Below are positions 11,901-26,037 of a DNA stretch of 64,000 nt, in pieces. Within the stretch, counting starts at the first letter, position 1. Every line of letters starts with the position of its first letter. This DNA is from Tubiluchus corallicola. Its lineage: Eukaryota > Animalia > Priapulida. Location of the stretch: positions 248,001 through 312,000 of the forward strand of contig JAQGDQ010000141.1 in the NCBI GenBank assembly GCA_030141605.1, in the 5' to 3' direction. Below the pieces are notes generated by a model. It had not been told where the DNA came from. It did no database searches and saw only the letters and a list, made by a program, of their open reading frames with translations. Both the position numbers and the translations under genes were made by a program.

Positions 11901-14900
11901 TAGAGAGACTGCGTTGAACTGTTACATACGTTCTCCAAAATCACCGGTATGTCTTTAGCAAACTTGACGATTCGATTTCTGCACAAACAGAATCAAGCAA
12001 TACATCATCACTCATTTTACAGATATTTTGAAACATATTAATTGCATTCAAAATTAATTTGTTTTCATGACCTAAAAATTGACATGAAAAGGATGTAACA
12101 ACAAATTCTCGAGAAATCATTAAAATCAAAATAAGTAAAATAACAAACAAACAAACAAACATGTTAAGTCAAGTACTGTATCCATACCGCACACCATACA
12201 CAGCCAAAAGTCAACAGAAGCAACAAAGAAAAAACAAAGCAAGAAATTGACAAAAGTTCAAAGAAATTACCATGGATTCACTATGAAAAATGAATAAGTT
12301 TACACATAAGTTTAAAAAATGAGAGACCCACATTGGTTTTTGTATCTCTCTTCCAGTTTCTGTAATTGTGGTCAGTGATTCTATTTTCTATTTCTGTGTT
12401 TTTTCTTGTGTTCATTTGCTGAGCCTCAATACGTCATTATTTGCTTCAATACATGATTGTACCTCTTTAAAGTGTGCTATTTTTATTGTAAATAAAATAA
12501 AAAATAGAACTAATGTCCTTGTGCGATTTTCCCCCTTTCTCTATTTTGTGACCTACGATAAACAGCAGTAGCGGCTGGAAACAATGTCCTTTTCAATGTT
12601 TTAACTATAGATTCTTTAATATAGTTTAGCTTAGTTTGCACATAGCAACAGAAATTCACGTACACAGTGTCTTATATAACTTCTTCATGCCTCATTGTAC
12701 GTGCTTCTTTAAACGAAGCCGAAGGCTAAGTGACGATTGTATGTGCTTAGCAACAGGACTGATTAGTAAGCTGAGAGACCATCAGGAAAATCACTTCTGG
12801 GCATATTCAAGTACAATATTAACCTGTGTATTTATCCTGAGAGGTGTACTACATATACGTGTACAGATGCATTACCGATGTAGTTACTTATTGGTTCATC
12901 ATATTATTTTGAGGCATTATCTTTAATAATCTGCCACAAGCTTTAATACAATAAGTAGGTTCTGCTAATCAGCTTAATGGCTACCAGGAGTCGGTGTTTT
13001 TATGTTTGCGTACAACACGACTTTAAATAAGCTTTGATTTGACTTCTGTTCTGGGCAGATGACAATAAAACAGCAACTAGCCAAAAACGCACAGCGAAAT
13101 TTCAATGAAATCTGTATCATAAAATAAAGTACACAATAATAATAAAATTGGACAGGACACATATTTTTACACTTTGGCTGTACCAGGACCAATAAAAAAA
13201 TTAACCTGTCTTTGCACCTACGCAGCTTCAACTAAATCTGCTGCTAATAATATTAACAAAGGTTTTGTTACAAGAAGGTTTTGAAGAAACGGTCGCAGAC
13301 TTACTTTTCATATTGGTGAATACATTCTTTTGCATGCGAAATATCTGCAAAAACAGATTTATGTAAAAAGCATGTCACGCATGTCATACAAAAGTACCTA
13401 AGAGCTACAAATTTTAATTACTAGTGAAGAAAACTACAGATTACTGACATCGGTGTATCAATAATGCAGCAAAAAATACATGATTCTAATAAATCAATCA
13501 AATGAGGGGAAGAAACAAAATAAAGTTACTGTCACCCTACTGTCAAGTGTACAGGCAGCGCTGCCACCCTACTGTCATCATGTGTACAGGTGGTACTGTC
13601 ACCCTACTGTCATCATGTGTACAGGTGGTACTGTCACCCTACTGTCATGTGTACAGGTGGTACTGTCACCCTACTGTCATCATGTGTACAGGTGGTACTG
13701 TCACCCTACTGTCATCATGTGTACAGGTGGTACTGTCACCCTACTGTCATCATGTGTACAGGTGGTACTGCCACCCTACTGTCATCATGTGTACAGGTGG
13801 TACTGTCACCCTACTGTCATCATGTGTACAGGCAGCGCTGCCACCCTACTGTCATCATGTGTACAGGCAGCGCTGCCACCCTACTGTCATCATGTGTACA
13901 GGTGGTACTGTCACCCTACTGTCATCATGTGTACAGGTGGTACTGTCACCCTACTGTCATCATGTGTACAGGCAGCGCTGCCACCCTACTGTCATCATGT
14001 GTACAGGTGGTACTGCCACCCTACTGTCATCATGTGTACAGGTGGTACTGTCACCCTACTGTCATCATGTGTACAGGCAGCGCTGCCACCCTACTGTCAT
14101 CATGTGTACAGGTGGTACTGTCACCCTACTGTCATCATGTGTACATGCAGCGCTGCCACCCTACTGTCATGTGTACATGCAGCGCTGCCACCCTACTGTC
14201 ATGTGTACATGCAGCGCTGCCACCCTACTGTCATCATGTGTACAGGTGGTGCTGGGATAGCAGCTTACGTGATGAAGCATGAGAGTACTATTCCCAAGAC
14301 TTGGGTTCAAATCCACAACTAGTCAACAATTTTCCAGTGTTTATTTTCTCCAAATAATTATCCGCAATAGGCAATAATTGGTAAAATAAACTGCAATGGT
14401 TTATAAAATTCCTGATAATCACGGTCCTAATTAATTAACAAAATAAAGTTATCTTACTGATCCTCGCATGATGTTCTAAAAAACGTTCATGAAAGTTCTT
14501 TGTCAATTCCTTTGATTCCCGCAACATGATATCCAATTCTGATACGCTAAAATAAAATAGAAAAATAAGCACCATCCTCAGATACACTCTTTTACCACTA
14601 ATGAGCCAAGTATTCTGAGAAACACAATGCGGAATAAAGTTGATTTTCAACAAAAAAGTTTGTATCGGTTATATAAAGTGTATTATTTTAAAAAAAATTA
14701 TAATTTTGGCACTGTAACAAGATTTATTCACCATCCTGAGACACATTCTTTTAACACTAATGAGCCAAGTATTGTGAGAAACACAATGTGGAATGAAGTT
14801 ATTAGTGCACAACTATTACGGCACAATACTAATACTACTGCAGTTCACTAGTCATTGTTAATGCTGAATGTTGCTTTACTTTAACACTGACGTGAATAGT

Positions 14901-17900
14901 CTATTTCAAATGGTTTTCTAGACACAATGACACCTCAAGTTAACACAAATAAAACCGAACAACTACATATGTGATGTAAAATTTTTTAATCGTTATATTT
15001 CAGCTTTTCTTGCGGGAAGCCTCCATAAGATGTAAAAAACTTTTTAATAACCCATAATGTATCATTTAAAATATAAATGTTGATTGTGATATACAATCTA
15101 TACAATAGTCTATTTGTCTATTTCAGCAATAATAATCTAAGGTCTGCCTGAATGCACCTCTTATGAAACTGCACTACACCTTCTCCATTTCAAAGTCAAA
15201 TCAAACTGCGGCTCAATTTGACTTGATTACAGCTCAATTTAATTTAATTATGGCTCAATTTGACTTCATTACAGCTCAATTTGACTTGATTATGGCTCAA
15301 TTTTATTTGACTAGGACTCAACTTCATTTGACTATGGCCCAATTTGATTTGACCATGGCTCAACTGGAAATGGAAATGGTTTCATTATGTGCACAGAAAA
15401 ACCCAAGAATACTGAACCACTATACTCAACAATATTCTAATATTTTTAATAAAATAAAATTATACGAGCAAAACGCATTTCCTACAACAAGCATTGAATA
15501 TCAACACAATTGGTACATTTAAACTATGGCCACTGACACCTTACAATCTAAAGTACTTGCAAATTTAAAAGCTCACCTTGTCCTAACTGCTGATGGCACC
15601 TCCTGTCCTATCCAGTTCTCTTCCAATACATTCCTCTCTAACACAGCATTCTTAACCCGGCTCACTTTGTTATTTATCTCTTTCACCATTTTCACTAGCT
15701 GAAGAAGGAACATGAAGAAATGATAAATTTTAAAACACAAAAACTTTTACTAGAATGCAAAAACATTTATAAATCCGCTCACTTTGAATGTGTACATCAC
15801 TGTGAAGATCACCATGTTTCGCATCTTTAGGACGAGTGCACAAGAATAAGCCTTTTCACAGGCTATGCACACGCACAGTTGCTGTAAGTCAGAGGCAAGG
15901 ACTACTATACAACAGGACGTGCACGCTTAGATCTCTGATTCGGCTAGCGGAGGCGATCAATACTTGTATGAACGTAATCTATAAATAGTGCGCTTTAGAG
16001 AGTAGTGATCTTGGAAATGAAAGAATGGGTGGATCGGTAGATAGCGAGTATTATTTTTCATTTAATTGGTTCTTTACATTACGGGAGAAAAGTACCAATT
16101 GTTTATTTTATGTATCAAAGGAAATTAGTGTTCATTTTTACTTCTTAAATAGCGCACTACTTTAGGCGTAAGTGTGTTTTACCGGAAGTAGTGCTTTGTC
16201 ATTGTTAATGTGTCATTGTTCAAAGTCAAGTGAAGCGTTGTTTTCGTGCTTGCGTTTGTTTCTTTGTGGATTATTTTCAAAATTTCTCGTGGATTTTATA
16301 CATCTGTGCTCAGCAGCATGCCTAACAAGGTAACTATGACACGGAGAACAAGTGTCGTGTGTTCAGACTGCCAAGAGATCATGTAGAAAAACAGAAATGG
16401 CTAAGTGTTCTTCCCCCACGCGAAGGCTTTGTTGTTGAACCAACGAAATTTTTCATTTGCGAAAAGCATTGGCCATCGGATACTCAAATAGTCAAAATTC
16501 CAGGTGGTCACACCAGGCCAGTGGATCCACCCAGTATTTTCAACGTTCCAACATCATGCTTGCCCACTCCAAAGCCACCACGTCGCCATCCAAAAACTGA
16601 GGACCAGCAGCTGAATTATTTCTTTAAAAAGGATAAAATAACTTCTCTCAATGAATTCACTCCTGAGAAAGACCAGCATAAGACATATCAGAACCTCATT
16701 ATGTCTCGCACACAAGACAAATTTGTGTGCATGTTCATGGAAGAGGACCACAGTCAATGTTATATGTCAATTATTGTTCACAATAAGCCTACCTTGTGTT
16801 CCCCTCTTACTCTGTATGCTTTCAAAAACGGGATCAGTGTGCCATTAAGTAAAATCCTCAGTCCAAACAATGGGCTGTCCTCTTACTCACAATTTTTTGC
16901 GGTTGTGAATTCTGTTGTCAACCACATTCATCATGTTGATGATATTGTCAACAAAGTGACAAAGTCTCTTGAACTTGAACTAGCTCAAAATCGAGAACAA
17001 TCTCCTAGTGTTAATGCTAAAGCCAAGAAGCTCAAATTTCTAACACGACAGCTTCGACTATTATGTGATGGACACAGACACATCATCCGAAATCCAGTTG
17101 CACACATGCAATGGGATTGATTTCGAGGATGCCAAAATTATGGAGATTTGTGTTGACGAGACTCTTTCCAAAACTGAACTGAACGCGTGTGCATATGTCG
17201 CAGGTTGGTTGGAGAGTAAGCGCCAAAATGACATTTCTTTTCCCGAGGATGAGCCTCTCCTTTCTGAGGAAATGAAAATGTTCATTGAAGAAGTGTCTAG
17301 GGGAGGTCTTACAGTGCCCCACACATTCACGTTCGAATTCGTAACAACTGGCTTGTGTTTTGTGAAGAAGTCAACTCACACAGTCTGCTGCCGCAACAAG
17401 CTCATGAACATCCTCTCCATAATCAATGCCTACTTTGATTTTGGAGAATTTTCAAGAAATGCTCTGAGACGCCTGGCGAATGTACTGCGAAGGATCACCA
17501 GCAGAACTCAGCCCTTTACCAGACCACCATTAAGAAGGCGCGACTAGCCGACTAATTGTCGCAAACGTCTCTGCAAAATGGTGAGTGCAATAATTTCATG
17601 TATTCTAATTTACACAGAGGAACCTATGAATGAGTTTATATAGTCCTGACAAAATGGTGCAGTCTGTTTATTCTCTATAGAAAGTGACAGGTAATCTTCG
17701 GGACACAATGAGTTGCAGATATGGTGTGTTTTTTTAGGAGGAGGGGATATCATAGGTACCACTGTTTTTAAATTACTAGACGAATGAGAAATATGTTCTA
17801 TGTGTATTGTGGCATGCTATATGTCACCATGGGGGGTAAATATGTCCAAATTATTAGCACTAAATGTTAAAAATAGATCGCCTCCGCTAGCCGAATCAGA

Positions 17901-20900
17901 GATCTGACCTTGCACGTCCTGTTGTATAGTAGTCCTTGGTCAGAGGTTAAGTGTACCACAGTGACGCATCTTAATTACAACCGTCACGTGTGGGTAAAGC
18001 AAAGCCATCTGCCACGTTAATTCAGTAATGTCAGTTGTTTTATATGGACTTTAATTAATTATGCATTAGTGATTTACTAGTAGGATCTTGCTTGGGAACA
18101 AGAAAAAATAAGTTGTTGTTAGCTGTATAACATGTTAAAACTGTTACTATTACAAAAGCATGAGCTGTGAGGCAATGTCAAGTGTACACAAATGCATTGT
18201 CTGGTACACTTAACCTTTTCACAATCAATCACTGGAACTGCGAAAAGGCTTATTATGTATAATCTGTCCACAAAACCTTAGGTATGAAGTGAAAGTCTAA
18301 TCACGATTAGTATAAAATAAATCACTTCTCACTTTCAAATTGTGGACACTTTGGGGCAGCAAAATTGCCAAATGCTTTTACTTCTGTATATTATTTCAGT
18401 TTAAAACAAGATGCAGCTACTGGACAGATTTTTAACCACACATCATCTCGCAAATAGTGTCAAAAAAGTGAGTGTGGCATGCAGTTCAACAACAAATTCA
18501 TTTCAGCACTTGAGATACAAACGTTCAGAGATTATGAGACTATATACACTTGCCATACCCAACAAAGTGAACATCAGTTCATGGGCGCCGCCAGAGCTTA
18601 AAAATTTTGATGCACAAGCAGCTAGGGATCTCCCCCAGTGGTCCAGGGTGGAACCCCAGCCGTCAATGCATTTTCCTTTAAGCACATTTTGGAGAAACTC
18701 AAATGAGATCTAAATTCTGGTCATTAACTTCCTCAAATGTGAAAAATTCTGCTTTAATAAATATATTTTACCTATATTTACCTAGGTAATATTCATTGTA
18801 TTCTATTGTAGTAGTCATACATCTTAAAAGCAAGTTCATAATACACTGCTGCGGATGACCCATTACTTAAGCTTAATTTATTGAGTGTCAAGATTATCTA
18901 CCCAGCAAAATGTGGATAGTCAGACATAAAAAAATTTCAGACTATTAATTTTACATCCCACCCACTGTTCATACAAAATTTAGTAAGTTTGCATGCACGT
19001 ATTAATTTTCCTCAGACACAGCTAAACGGTAGAATGTCTCGGCCACACATGCATTTTACTTCATTTTAGACAATTTTGCGGTTGCTAAAACTATTTTCTC
19101 AGGCAAATTCACTAGTTTAAAACTCATTATTGTGCAAACAAACAAGTGTTGATATGTTTCTTGGTTTACTGCTAAAATTTTTTATTTAATTTAAGTTTTT
19201 AGTTTAAGAAATGCTGTGGATGCATGTACATCAGCTAGTCATTGTTCAACATACTGCTGTTTAGTTGGCGGGAATATGTTGCCACACTCTGTACAAATGA
19301 AAATAATCAAATGCATAAACTGCAAAGTTCGTTTCATAATTACATTTATATTCATAAATTACTGCTCACCGTTCCAGCGCACTGCTTCTTCCCACCAACT
19401 ATTCCCGTTAACCTGTTCCTGATTTCCAGAACATTCTCGTTAGAATTAAATTTGTTCAAAAGCTGCATATTTTGCTCGTGACTGAAAGTAAGTTCAAACC
19501 TTTAGTAACAAATTTGTCAAAATAGTTTCGCTGATATCCCTTTGTAACCTATTTAGCTCCTACTACAAAGTAACTATGATTAACGACATAAAAAATTATA
19601 GCAATAGTAAAGCAACGAACTAATAATAATTCTCCTGACTGAAGTTGTCAAGAGATAACATTGCTCCATTATTTTAACAGTACGCTGGACTAGCCTGCTT
19701 CTACCTCATTCAGATAATATCAACTACACTATCGGAAAGGTTCTCTAATCCAATTTGTAATTTAGTCACTAAGGTCCCTTTGGGTTCTGCTACCAAAATT
19801 AAAATCTGCACACAACTAAAAACATTTTTTCACTTCAAGCAATGCGTGATTGTAAGTAACTGCTAAGCAGTATAAACTTTTTAATTCACCTGTATAATTA
19901 CTGCTACAAATTTTCTCATTTTTCTATGATTAGACATATCATCTTACAGTTATTCGCTGCACTTAAGCAGCCTGGCACTTAAAATAAGAGGCTACTGTAT
20001 TACACTTAATGGCATAGGTTAGTTTCTCGGTAAGGACAGTAGACTGTAACCCAGGAGCAACCGAGAGCAGTTTGTTGTGCTAACAGGAATGACGTCACCA
20101 CAAGTTAAACCAAAGAATCACTTCTTCGCTCTTGAAACTGTACTAAACAGAAGAGAGAACAGTCCAGGGGTTAAGAGAGTCAGCATTCTAAACAGTGGCG
20201 GTTCGTAGCTAAAATTACTGGGGGTGCTGATTAAGAAAATTTTTAACCCTTGCTTTAATATTGTGTAAAACGAAGCAAACGTGTATAATTTTAATGTTAT
20301 AATTTGTAATTGTAATTACAAAAAAACATACAAAAATTTATACATAAACTTGAAATCCTAAACAAAAAAATATTTTTGCTTACAAATAGCATAAATTCTC
20401 ACAGTTCAAGAATATGCCAGTACACAGTTTTTAAGCATGTGACAACTGACAACACATTGCGTTGAGTGATAGTACACTTTTTACCTAAAGTGCAGTGTCT
20501 TATCTCAGACATGCCCACATATGCACAACAGCAAACACCACGTTGCTGGACCTAAGAAATACACAGTGTTGGACCTATGAACCGCACAGTTCTATCACAT
20601 GCTCTGGTTCCATACAAGCAAAAAGAAAGGATTAAGGAAAAAAGACTCATTATATTGAATCTTATTGATAATATTGAGTGAAAATCGGGGATGCCGCAGT
20701 TCCACAGTGCCTTTACACGAGCCGCCGCTGAGTCTAAAGAATGGCTAAGCACAAGCTGTCCTAACCTCAATCACTGGAACAAAATTTCTTGTCTGATTCA
20801 CAAATACATACCTTGCAGTAAAAAGCTGGATCCTCTTCTCTAAGCAGTCACACAATTCAGTGTAGTAAGAAACCTTTTCTAACAGCTCTCTCAGCACAGA

Positions 20901-23900
20901 TTTCAACACCACCCTACATTGACAAATTGTGTGGAAAAAAGAAACATTATTAATACAGCTACATTTCTTTTCTTCGTAATAATAGTTTTCTTTAGACACC
21001 ACAGGTTTATTGTTGCAAAAATGGCAGCATACTGAAAGTAACTTTTTATTCTTTTTGTTAGGCTCTTAGTCTATTGGAATAGGCAGATAAAAAAATCTGA
21101 CTGTACCCACAAAATTTTTTTCAGTGTGAAAAGAATCCTAAAAAGGCTTAATTATGTGCAGTAATTTGACAACATTACATAGCAAAGTTTTCCTGCCCAA
21201 TCTGTATACTTAATAGTAAATACATCATTCTAGTCATTTACATAAAAAGAAACTCTCAAACGTCACTCTTTTTATTTTTCAGCTGTTATTTTGTGAGTAC
21301 CACAAACATCAAATTACATCATAAGAAGCAAATGCAACAAAGCTTTTAAAAGCAAAAATCAATCTCCTTGCTGAATTTTGTGTAAAAGATAATGGAATAT
21401 TAAAAGCATAGATTTTAGTCAAATATGTTTGCATTCTGTCTGTTTAGTTTCCTTTTGCCTTTTCAGATAGTTTGTTTCATAAGCAAGTAAGCAGAATGGT
21501 TCAAATCCAGCATGCATAGGTGAGAATGTCATTAGCATGGCCGACATCCTCGTTGTAACAGGCGAGTGAATCATTATGATGCTTCTTAGAGAATCAGATT
21601 AATTTAAAAGTACACTGTAAACATTACAATTTTGTGTAAATGAGGTATCACTAACTGTATACGTTGACTCAAAAGGCTTCATTAATATGGAGACGTAGTA
21701 AACATTGAGAGCTTAGTTTACCGGTCACAGGAATTGGTGTACAGATGACTACACTGCCAGTTCTTGAACAGATTTACCAAAATTTCTGGGAGGATCATCA
21801 TTAAATTTGTGCCCTGCTAAACTACAGCGGATATAAAGAAGTAGATGCAGGAAAAATGTGAACAAAACCGCATCGTTAATGGGTTGTTTCGGTCATTTGA
21901 GAGACATTTCCTGCTACTATCGGTCTGCCACTATCTTGACAGCAAAACACAAATCGCTTTTCAGCTCACGAGCACAAACTATTACACGGACTTACATAAA
22001 CATTACAGTCGAACCCAGAATCATTTTTTGTTGCCGTATGTGACGTGCGGCTGCATTACGCACAAAGTAGCCCATGTTGCACAACTCTTTGGCTCCTTTC
22101 CAATCGTAATCAAACGATATCTCATGACGAAAGTGCGGGTAACAAGCTAAAAGAAAAAACTTGATAGCTGGATATTGTCCTGGCCAAACATTTTCAATCA
22201 CATTGGATAAAATAAACAGCACAGAGGCGATTTAAGGATGAAATTTTATCAGAATATTTCGAATCCCTTTACAGAAATCGTCATCAGATGCATGAACATT
22301 AGTTTTTTTTAAAAACCATAATTGATAGTTTAGTATATAAAAAAAGTTGCAAGATATAAAAAAGTAAAAAAACTTAAAAAACTGTAAAAAAACAAAATTC
22401 TGAAGTTGCTTTAGATATTACATTTCAGATCTATTCCTAAATTTTTAGTTTTTGTTTGTTTTTTAAAAAAAGTTCAAAAATTTGTAAACAAACAAAATTC
22501 TTCTGTTACTTCAGATATTACTTTTCACATCTACTCCTACGTTTTTAATTTTTTTACTTTAATTTTTGATTCAAATTTTTAAATTTTTTTAAATTCTCAG
22601 AGCACATAACTGCCATTATATTTTGTTCTAACTTTTTGTTATTTACTATTGCATGTCATAATCAACATTTTAATATTTTAAATTATAGATTATGGTTTTT
22701 AACAACTTCTTTTCGATACATCTGATAATGACTACCGCAAGAGGAGCTAAAATATCATAATTACGTTTCAGCTATATCACTATACCCATTAAAATATTTT
22801 AAAAAACAGAGTAACATGCATTTAAAAATACAGCAGGAATGGTTTACACATATTCCTTAACACTAGGTCTACTAAATTGATTACTTAAACAAGAAATTAC
22901 AGTCACATCACAAAATTTGTTCAACTTCCCTTTGACTTTCATAAACCGACACAAACGAAGTGTCACCTTACTGTACGGCAATTTAAATCATAAACATTAA
23001 AAAGAGCTTTGTAATTTATAAAGAATTTCAGTGTCGTCATTACGTATTTTTGGATTCTGGATTACATCCTTGATGTCCAAGTCAGTAAGCGAATAGACCA
23101 CAATGGGGTCATCCGGACAAGTTGCCGGAAAAGCTGCCACAGAAGACGACGTGCTAACAAGTTCAAAAAGTGGACGATTGTCGTGCAAGAGGCACTGACT
23201 GCTTGCCTGTATGTCCAACTGGCTCGCCAGATTTTCTTGAAACAAGCTCATGCTGAAAGGGTGAATAATAGAAGTATAAGAAAAATATTGTTTATCACAC
23301 AATACAGGGTGTCTCATAAGTCACCGCACACCTTACATTTTCTATTTTTTTTGACAAATGAAGCAAAATGTTTGAAAATTGGTACAGATGAACTAAAATA
23401 TTGGGCAATACTTTAGTCAAATTAGAACTACTGCGCTAGCAGACTTTGCTGTTTTCGCTATTTTCTACGGAGACTTCGAGAGCTTCACAGACCAATTCAA
23501 GGGCAAATCACACATGTCACATTGAGAAGATCTCTCACACCTCACGAGTAGTGAGAAAGGACTGCACTTTGTTGAAAAACTTCATTCTTAATAGTGAAAG
23601 AATAGTGTGGTTTCATATGATGCTCTAAAATTCCACTGAACTTCAGTTGGCAATTGAAGAATCTCGTACTAGACTGATTTCGCACTTTATTTCCAACGTT
23701 ACTGTCGTCATCGTCATGGTGACCGAGTTCCAGTCAAAAATGAATCAAAGGCAAAGTTTATTCGTGTAAGAACTTGCTGAGATTAATGAGAAATTTAAAA
23801 AGGGAATTAGAAATCAAAGTGTGTAGTGACTTATGAGACACCCTGTACACGGATGATTTGGACAGTCTCCCAGAAAATTTCATTAATGAAGCATGAGAAC

Positions 23901-26004
23901 CTTAAATGTAAACAGCAAATTTGGCCACGTTTGGCAACAAAATCTGTCACACTGCTCAAACAATACTACGTAAATTTTTGCAAAGTTTACAGTAACTTTA
24001 GAGTAATTCTCATTGAAGACTAATTCTGTGAAAGTTTTATTGCTCAATAATTTTTGGCAACATCAGTAGACGGCAGTTTAGGAAATACAGGTATGAGCTA
24101 AAGATTCTTTGCTTCGGTTAAGAAGTGTCATCTATCACAAGCTTTCTTTAGCTATGCCAGTGCTTATGCCTTAAACACATGATATGAATTTGATGTGCAC
24201 AGAGGCAAACAGACCTAAAACATTTGCAGTATAATTATGATTCTTGTGTTCCACTAAACTTTTAGTTCTAATTTTAGTTCTATGTAGTTCTACTAAGCTT
24301 TCAGTTCTACATAGGTCTACTAAGCTTTGAGTTCTACTTTTAGTTCTATGTAGTTCTATTAAGCTTTTAGGTCTACTTTTAATACTACTAAACTTTTAGT
24401 TCTAGTTTTAGTTGTATGTAGTTCTATTAAGCTTTCAGTTCTACATAGCTCTACTAAACTTTTAGTTCTATATACTTCTACTAAGCTTTCAGTTCTACAT
24501 AGTTCTACTAAGTTTTTACTTCTACTTTTAGTTCTATGTAGTTCTACTAAGCTTTCAGTTCTACATAGTTCTACCAAGCTTTTAGTTTTATGTGGTTCTA
24601 CTAAGCTTTACTTCTACTTTTAGTTCTATGTAGTTCTACTAAGCTTTTACTTCTACTTTTAGTTCTATGTAGTTCACTAAGATTTTACTTCTACTTTTAG
24701 TTCTATGTAGTTCTACTAAGCTTTCAGTTCTACATAGTTCTACTAAGCTTTTAGTTCTATGTAGTTCTACTAAGCTTTCAGTTCTACATAGTTCTACTAA
24801 GTTTTTACTTCTACTTTTAGTTCTATGTAGTTCTACTAAGCTAAGATTTTTTTTACAGATGCAGGTCAGCATTTTAAGTCATTTTACTTACCCATCTTCC
24901 TTATCACAGTAAGCTTTGATAAATACGCCCGATGATGCACAGAAAACATCGATTGGTGTCTTTTTAATTATATCATTGACCTCATTAAAAAAGCGATCAA
25001 ACCTCCAACAACTTTTAGGATCGCTTTCTAGCAGACCAGCAAGAAGAGGTATCATCATTTTTTTCAAACCACTATAAAAAGTAATAAAGTTATAGGTAAG
25101 CAATACTTATTACCAGCTCTAAAAAGGTGATAATGATAATATTTATTTTGCATAGCATCTAAATCTACAGACAGCACAAATGAAAATATTCAAAGATGCT
25201 TCAAAAGGATATCTAAAATCACCAGGACAGACTTAAAAAAAGGTTTACAAGATTAAACAGTAATTCTACTAAATTTCATAAAATTACAATAAGTAAATAC
25301 ATAAAAACACACAGATTCACAAAATACAGGCATATAACGACAAATCAAAATTACTTCAAAGATTGTATGCTATCTTAAATAAGTATGTTTTAAACTGTAT
25401 TTCAAAAGTGTTAGTGTTCGAGACTGTGGATAGGCAGGCTGTCTCATAAATTTGGTCCTGCAACAGCAAATGACCTGTCATCCACAGTGGAACAATCGGT
25501 GACAGGAACAAGGTATTATTAAGTTTAATGAAAAATTTGTTTTCACATATATCTTGCTGCTGTACATATAAACGTCCTATTAAAAAGGAAAGAATCTTAA
25601 TTTGCAAACTATAATTGTCAATCTCCATTCTTTTGACATATTATTTCACGTTGTGCAAGGAATAAGAATATAAATTCAATTCAACTTTATTTTCTCAATA
25701 ATAACATAAATTTGACATGATTATTTGACAATTTCAATATAACTCAGAAGGAGCAGCAAAAGACCTGTTGATCACTTGAACAGCTGCCCCTTATTAAAAA
25801 TACAAGTTCACTTAAAGGTAAAGAAATTTTTTAGATGATTATTATAGAAAAAACGTTACAGTATTAAAAATGAATTTGGTATTAGATTATATAATGAGTA
25901 GCAGAAATGGTATTGTGTATAACGAATATTAGTAACGATGATGACGATGGTAGTAGCGATGACGAAAAAATGATGATAATGAGGTAATGATAATCATAAC
26001 AGTA

Positions 26005-26037
<33 letters not shown>

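Larger units (their letters stand above)
15845..18254. mobile_element. Harbinger-like MITE interrupted by the P-element insertion
   Basis: taa-gccttttcacag ... ctgcgaaaaggc-tta; homologous (inverted) to 4728-5073. Confidence 0.7.

Noticed and set aside
10979-11926. CRISPR-like appearance of the regular arrays (also 13527, 27571, 48676)
   Set aside because: Head-to-tail units with no unique spacers, no cas genes, eukaryotic introns
14251-14320. tRNA gene (GGTTCAAATCC B box; similar at 21498 and 34486)
   Set aside because: No cloverleaf can be built; at most decayed SINE heads
13480-14322. Three overlapping 230-280 aa Cys/His-rich ORFs
   Set aside because: Artefact of a stop-free 35-bp minisatellite, antisense within a TBK1 intron
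15163-15522. 119-aa heptad-like ORF (TAQFDLI repeats)
   Set aside because: Derived from a 21-bp tandem repeat, antisense in an intron, no homology recognised
24359-24872. ORFs with LVELCRTES repeats
   Set aside because: Minisatellite translation; flanking TBK1 exons join in phase without them
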